NCBI GenBank assembly: GCA_030295235.1
Contig: AP026125.1
Location: 1,054,001 to 1,118,000, forward strand
DNA: 64,000 nt
Direction of reading: 5' to 3'
From: Fistulifera solaris
Lineage: Eukaryota
Made by a program: the position numbers and the translations under genes. Positions 60,082 to 64,000 of the stretch are shown here, one piece after another; positions within the stretch are counted from its first letter, which is position 1; each line of letters starts with the position of its first letter. Under the pieces are notes generated by a model that ran no database searches, was not told the DNA's origin, and saw only the letters and a list, made by a program, of their open reading frames with translations.

Positions 60082-60759
60082 CTACCTCCTATGTTGGTTG
60101 CGCGGGGCGGACTGGTTGTTGTTTCGACGATGAGGTTGCTTTGATTGTACCAACGCTAATCTATTCTTATGCGGTTTCGACATCAAATGCTCTTTCAACT
60201 GCGCAGGACTGGTAAGCTGCTTCCGACACAATTTGCAGTACGACGCTTTGCGCTCAACCTCAACGGCTGTGATATGAAATTCACTTTTCTGGTGCTCAAC
60301 AAATTCTTGCTCTGAGGTGTATTGTTTCGCACAAACTCTACAGTAGAACGGTAAGCGCTCCGCAGATCGCGGCTTGTAACCATCGAGTAACTCTTTCACA
60401 GCTGCTCTAAGTCCATCTTTCGATTCAACGACCTTCTTACGCTTCAATGGCTCCACTGGTCGATCAATCCCTTTCAGAGGACGCTTCTTGTTGCTGGGCA
60501 AAAGATGTTCCGGAAGCTTGCCTATGCGTTCTGTTTCTACAGATGATAGATTCAGCACCTTTCGGTCATTACTGTCTGACTCATCGTCCGAGCTACTAGA
60601 GTCCTGAGATGAATCATCGCTGTTTTCAAGCTCAGCTTCTAATCGTTTGATCTCGTCATCAATATCGACGTCGGCTCGATCCGACGCCAGCTCGTTCTTA
60701 GCACTTTTCTCAATTCGCCGGCGTAGCAGCTCCGCCGCTAAAATTGGGGGCTCCGACAT
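60082..60759 (-). CDS. C2H2 (matrin/U1-type) double zinc-finger protein
   Basis: FYCRVC...HQKSEFH and YCKLC...HLMSKPH. Confidence 0.85.
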   Translation of the reverse strand: MSEPPILAAELLRRRIEKSAKNELASDRADVDIDDEIKRLEAELENSDDSSQDSSSSDDESDSNDRKVLNLSSVETERIGKLPEHLLPSNKKRPLKGIDRPVEPLKRKKVVESKDGLRAAVKELLDGYKPRSAERLPFYCRVCAKQYTSEQEFVEHQKSEFHITAVEVERKASYCKLCRKQLTSPAQLKEHLMSKPHKNRLALVQSKQPHRRNNNQSAPRNQHRR

Positions 60760-61233
60760 TTACGAAAGGAAAATAGCTATCCTCTAAATTTTTGTTATAA
60801 TAAAGACGATATTCAATGGGGCGAGACAATATAGGCGATGCTTACTGGCACTGGTGTGTTGTTTGCACCAAGAGGTTTGCAAGGAGCAGGGCGGGGGAAA
60901 AGGCGTGGAAGGAATGAATGTGAATGGGCTGTGGCAAAGGCGGATTCCAATTAAATCAATAGATACCAGTACGATGTTATTCGAATTTTTCTGGATGCGG
61001 AAATGTAACATACAGTAAAACTCACAGTAAGGAAGACGATATGATACACTCTAAAAAAAAAAAAAATAAAAAAAAAAAAAGTGATGTCAGCGATTTCGAC
61101 GCTTTTGATGTTGATGATGGGCGACGAAAACAACACATTGCTTCGCAAAAACCGTGCTCGCATACAAAGCATTTATTTTCTTGTCATGTAGGAAGAGCCT
61201 GTGTCACTAATTGGATAGCTAGCAGTTTATTCG

Positions 61234-62592
61234 ATGAGGTTACCGCTTCTCCTTCTACTTTTTCTGGCGATTCCGACCCAATCATTTTTGAGTTTGTCGT
61301 TCGATTCGACCCATTTTTTGGTTGCGACAAGAACGGAGCGAGTCTCAAGTACGGCGAAATATGGCTTGCGAACCTTTGTGAAAAAGCGGATCGCTGGTTG
61401 GCTGCCCAAATACTCACGCCGTAAGAGAAATGGAAAGCAAGAGCCTCAGATAGACCCAGAATATGAGCGTAGCGTAGCGCAACCGATCGACGCGTCGGAA
61501 TCGTCACCCGAGTATTTGTCATCATCTTCGTACGGTGAAGAGGAAGAGTATGCGATCTCGCAGAAAGAGCCGATCTCTGCCACTGCGCTTTTGAATACGG
61601 ACGAAAAGCCTACACCACAAACAAGCTCTAGATATGATTCAGATAGGTTGTACAACAACTTATCCAACTTGTCGTCGCAGGCACTGTACTCCTTGCCTCC
61701 TCTGGACCATGAACTGACCGAACTTGAGCAAGAATTTCGACAGATACTCTCGGATTTTACGCAATATACAGCCCGGGATATTTTGTGCTTGCGAGACTAT
61801 CGCACAAGGGTCCTTTGTGAGGGTGTTATAGCGAGCGCGGATGAACCCTTGGTGTATCGGGCATTTGAAATTCTGTTTGAAGATCTGTATCCTCTGAGAG
61901 TTGCGGGGCGAATTGTTGCGAAAAAGCTATTCAATGTGATTGAGGAATCGATTCAAGATCACGAAAGAGAGGTCGCCGAGGTTACTGAGACGACGGGATT
62001 GGCCCAGAAAGACGTGGAAGGGGCCAGACTCGGCTTTCTATCTGTTGCTGTTCCACTAAACGGAAAACCCTATTTCACCGTTGATCAACTGCTGAAAACC
62101 GCTATCGCTAGTACAATTGTTGATACGTTGGGGTTTGATAATCCGCGAGTATTTCTCGAACGAATCAACACCCAAACCACCGGTCGCTTACAGTTTTCTG
62201 AGCTCATGATGGGATTGCATAAGTGCGCTGAAGAACTCTGTGCATTGGAAGACTGCAATGCAGCTCAAACGATCCAGCAGATTGTCGTTGATTTGGTGGA
62301 GTTTCCTTCCGCGCTTCCTTCGGAGAAAGATGCTAAACGCCAGCGCTATTCTGAGCGCTACGATGACATGGTACACGCTTTTCGTCAATGGGAAGGACGC
62401 ATGCCTGAGAATAGCCCCGATATGGGTCGGCGACAGGAGCGAATCATGGAGGTTGTTCAGGGATGTTTCAGAGGGGCAGAAAATAAGTACGTTGTGAACG
62501 CACTCCGAATCCTGTACACCGACTATTCGGGCTTGCGCGTTGCTGGCGACCTTATCTTCGGAATTGTGTCGAAATTGATGAAAAATAGATGA
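61234..62592 (+). CDS. Hypothetical protein with signal peptide (QSF), probably plastid-targeted
   Basis: 452-aa ORF. ALRILYTDYSGLRVAG resembles the internal AFEILFEDLYPLRVAG (internal duplication). Confidence 0.75.
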   Translation: MRLPLLLLLFLAIPTQSFLSLSFDSTHFLVATRTERVSSTAKYGLRTFVKKRIAGWLPKYSRRKRNGKQEPQIDPEYERSVAQPIDASESSPEYLSSSSYGEEEEYAISQKEPISATALLNTDEKPTPQTSSRYDSDRLYNNLSNLSSQALYSLPPLDHELTELEQEFRQILSDFTQYTARDILCLRDYRTRVLCEGVIASADEPLVYRAFEILFEDLYPLRVAGRIVAKKLFNVIEESIQDHEREVAEVTETTGLAQKDVEGARLGFLSVAVPLNGKPYFTVDQLLKTAIASTIVDTLGFDNPRVFLERINTQTTGRLQFSELMMGLHKCAEELCALEDCNAAQTIQQIVVDLVEFPSALPSEKDAKRQRYSERYDDMVHAFRQWEGRMPENSPDMGRRQERIMEVVQGCFRGAENKYVVNALRILYTDYSGLRVAGDLIFGIVSKLMKNR

Positions 62593-63021
62593 AGCGAGTA
62601 CGTCCACTTAACCCAGCGATACAATGCGGCGAGAGTAACCCGCGATTGCGGTATTCTTGGCTTTTTAGTGGGGAATATTACTAAGCGTGCTTTCAATCCG
62701 CAATGACCCTCTTGGACGCCAACTATGCGGGATTGTGCATGGTAAACGGGTTGGTATTCGTCAGGTGGAGAGAACGAACGAAACGCTTCCGCTGTCTTGG
62801 TGGGGAGGGGATAACAGGCTCAAATCATCTACCATTTTGTTGCAGAAATTTGTTTCTCGATTGACCGCCTGTTCGGCACTGGCGACGGGATGCAGCGTCG
62901 GCTGCTAGTAACGACAGCCTTTCGCCCCCATCTTTCATTGTCGACATAATCCTAACATAGTAAAACACTTTCTACAAAGCCCTAGGAGTACAAAAGAAAA
63001 ATGCAGATTTCAAATCCCGTT

Positions 63022-64000
63022 CTATATTGTTTGTCTATCGACTGTCCCTTTCATATCTGACGAATCGACGGGATGTAATGCGCTTGTTGCAGTAGGCGGT
63101 AAGGGGCTTGAGCTAGGCATATCCGGTGGTCCAGTTGTCCGCGGTGAGCTAGTAGGGACTATCATCCGATCCGATAACAGTAACTCATCTGGATGGGAGT
63201 GCGACACTGGTCCAATGGACATGGGGTTCACTTCACCTACAACCATGCTCTCTCCCATATAAGGCTCCGTAACGTAAGATTCGGGAAATCCCTGGATTCG
63301 AATATTGAGCCGCCGAAGAGTCATGAACTATGGCCAAACAGTGAGTATACTAGAGTTTGAAGTGGATACGAAAAACGACCGGTACATCTTACCTCATCTC
63401 TTTCCACTTGAACTGCAGCATTTCGAGTCTCGGGTGGTGGCTCATCCGGGCGGCGTTTCACTTTTGCTTGATAGGGACAGACATGTCCTTTCTTAGGAAC
63501 GCCACACTGTTTTGAATGCACGAATAAGCGGTAAGACCAAAGTGATCAAGGAAGCTATTACACCTGACATGTGCTGAATAAATCACTTACCCTTCCGCAT
63601 TTGTAACTACCTCGTCCTTTGTCTTTTCCGCTTTCCCCAGCAGAAGACTCAGCTCCATCCTCATCATAAAAGGATGGCTGCGAAGGCTGCTTAATAGTCA
63701 TTGTCGTCATGTAGCCCATTTCTTCGCCTCGACCCGGTGGATAAGGAGCCATCATATCCTGTCTAGGAGGACCTCGAGAAGACGATTTAGACCAGCCGTT
63801 CGGTGCGCTTGGATATACACGATTCGGTTGTTGCCAGTATCCTGGGGGAGCATCTCGGCGATAAGGCCCGGGAGGAATATGTGTCGGTGGACTGCCCCCC
63901 GGTGGAGGCCCGCCTGACCAGTATCGAGGCGCTGGACCTTCCATTTCATCTTCACGATGATTCGTTTTCGGTTTTCTACTTCGCGGATACGGACCGCTCC
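63022..64000 (-). CDS. Pro/Gly-rich protein with Cys/His knuckle (YKCGRCGVPKKGHVC); introns 63507-63590 and 63328-63392; may extend past window
   Basis: Three ORF pieces join in frame through GT-AG introns. Confidence 0.75.

Noticed and set aside
61053..61080. Long poly(A) tract
   Set aside because: No TSD or retroelement body; most likely an ordinary promoter dA tract.
62620..62950. GC-richer intergenic stretch, possible ncRNA
   Set aside because: No recognisable RNA motif; compatible with overlapping 3' UTRs.

Overview
Gene-dense eukaryotic nuclear DNA, most likely a diatom: diatom-type cyclins, bipartite plastid-targeting presequences and short GT-AG introns. It holds about 35 housekeeping or hypothetical genes. 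Many essential genes are broken by 1-bp indels in homopolymer runs, which points to long-read consensus error. Four items go beyond housekeeping. (1) An intron-containing, virus/phage-like gene at about 25.8-28.4 kb with NUMOD4-like/HNH + NUMOD4-like/HNH + AP2 + two C-terminal repeats, followed by a hairpin-rich 3' region. (2) A dispersed, diverged family of about 209-222-bp units anchored on the palindrome CACGACTG-N4/5-CAGTCRTG, found in six large intergenic regions, three as tandem arrays. (3) A 306-bp non-autonomous hAT-like element with an 8-bp TSD inserted into one of those arrays. (4) A 428-bp TA-flanked foldback MITE just upstream of lipoyl synthase. All family assignments are by-eye motif recognition; no database searches were run.
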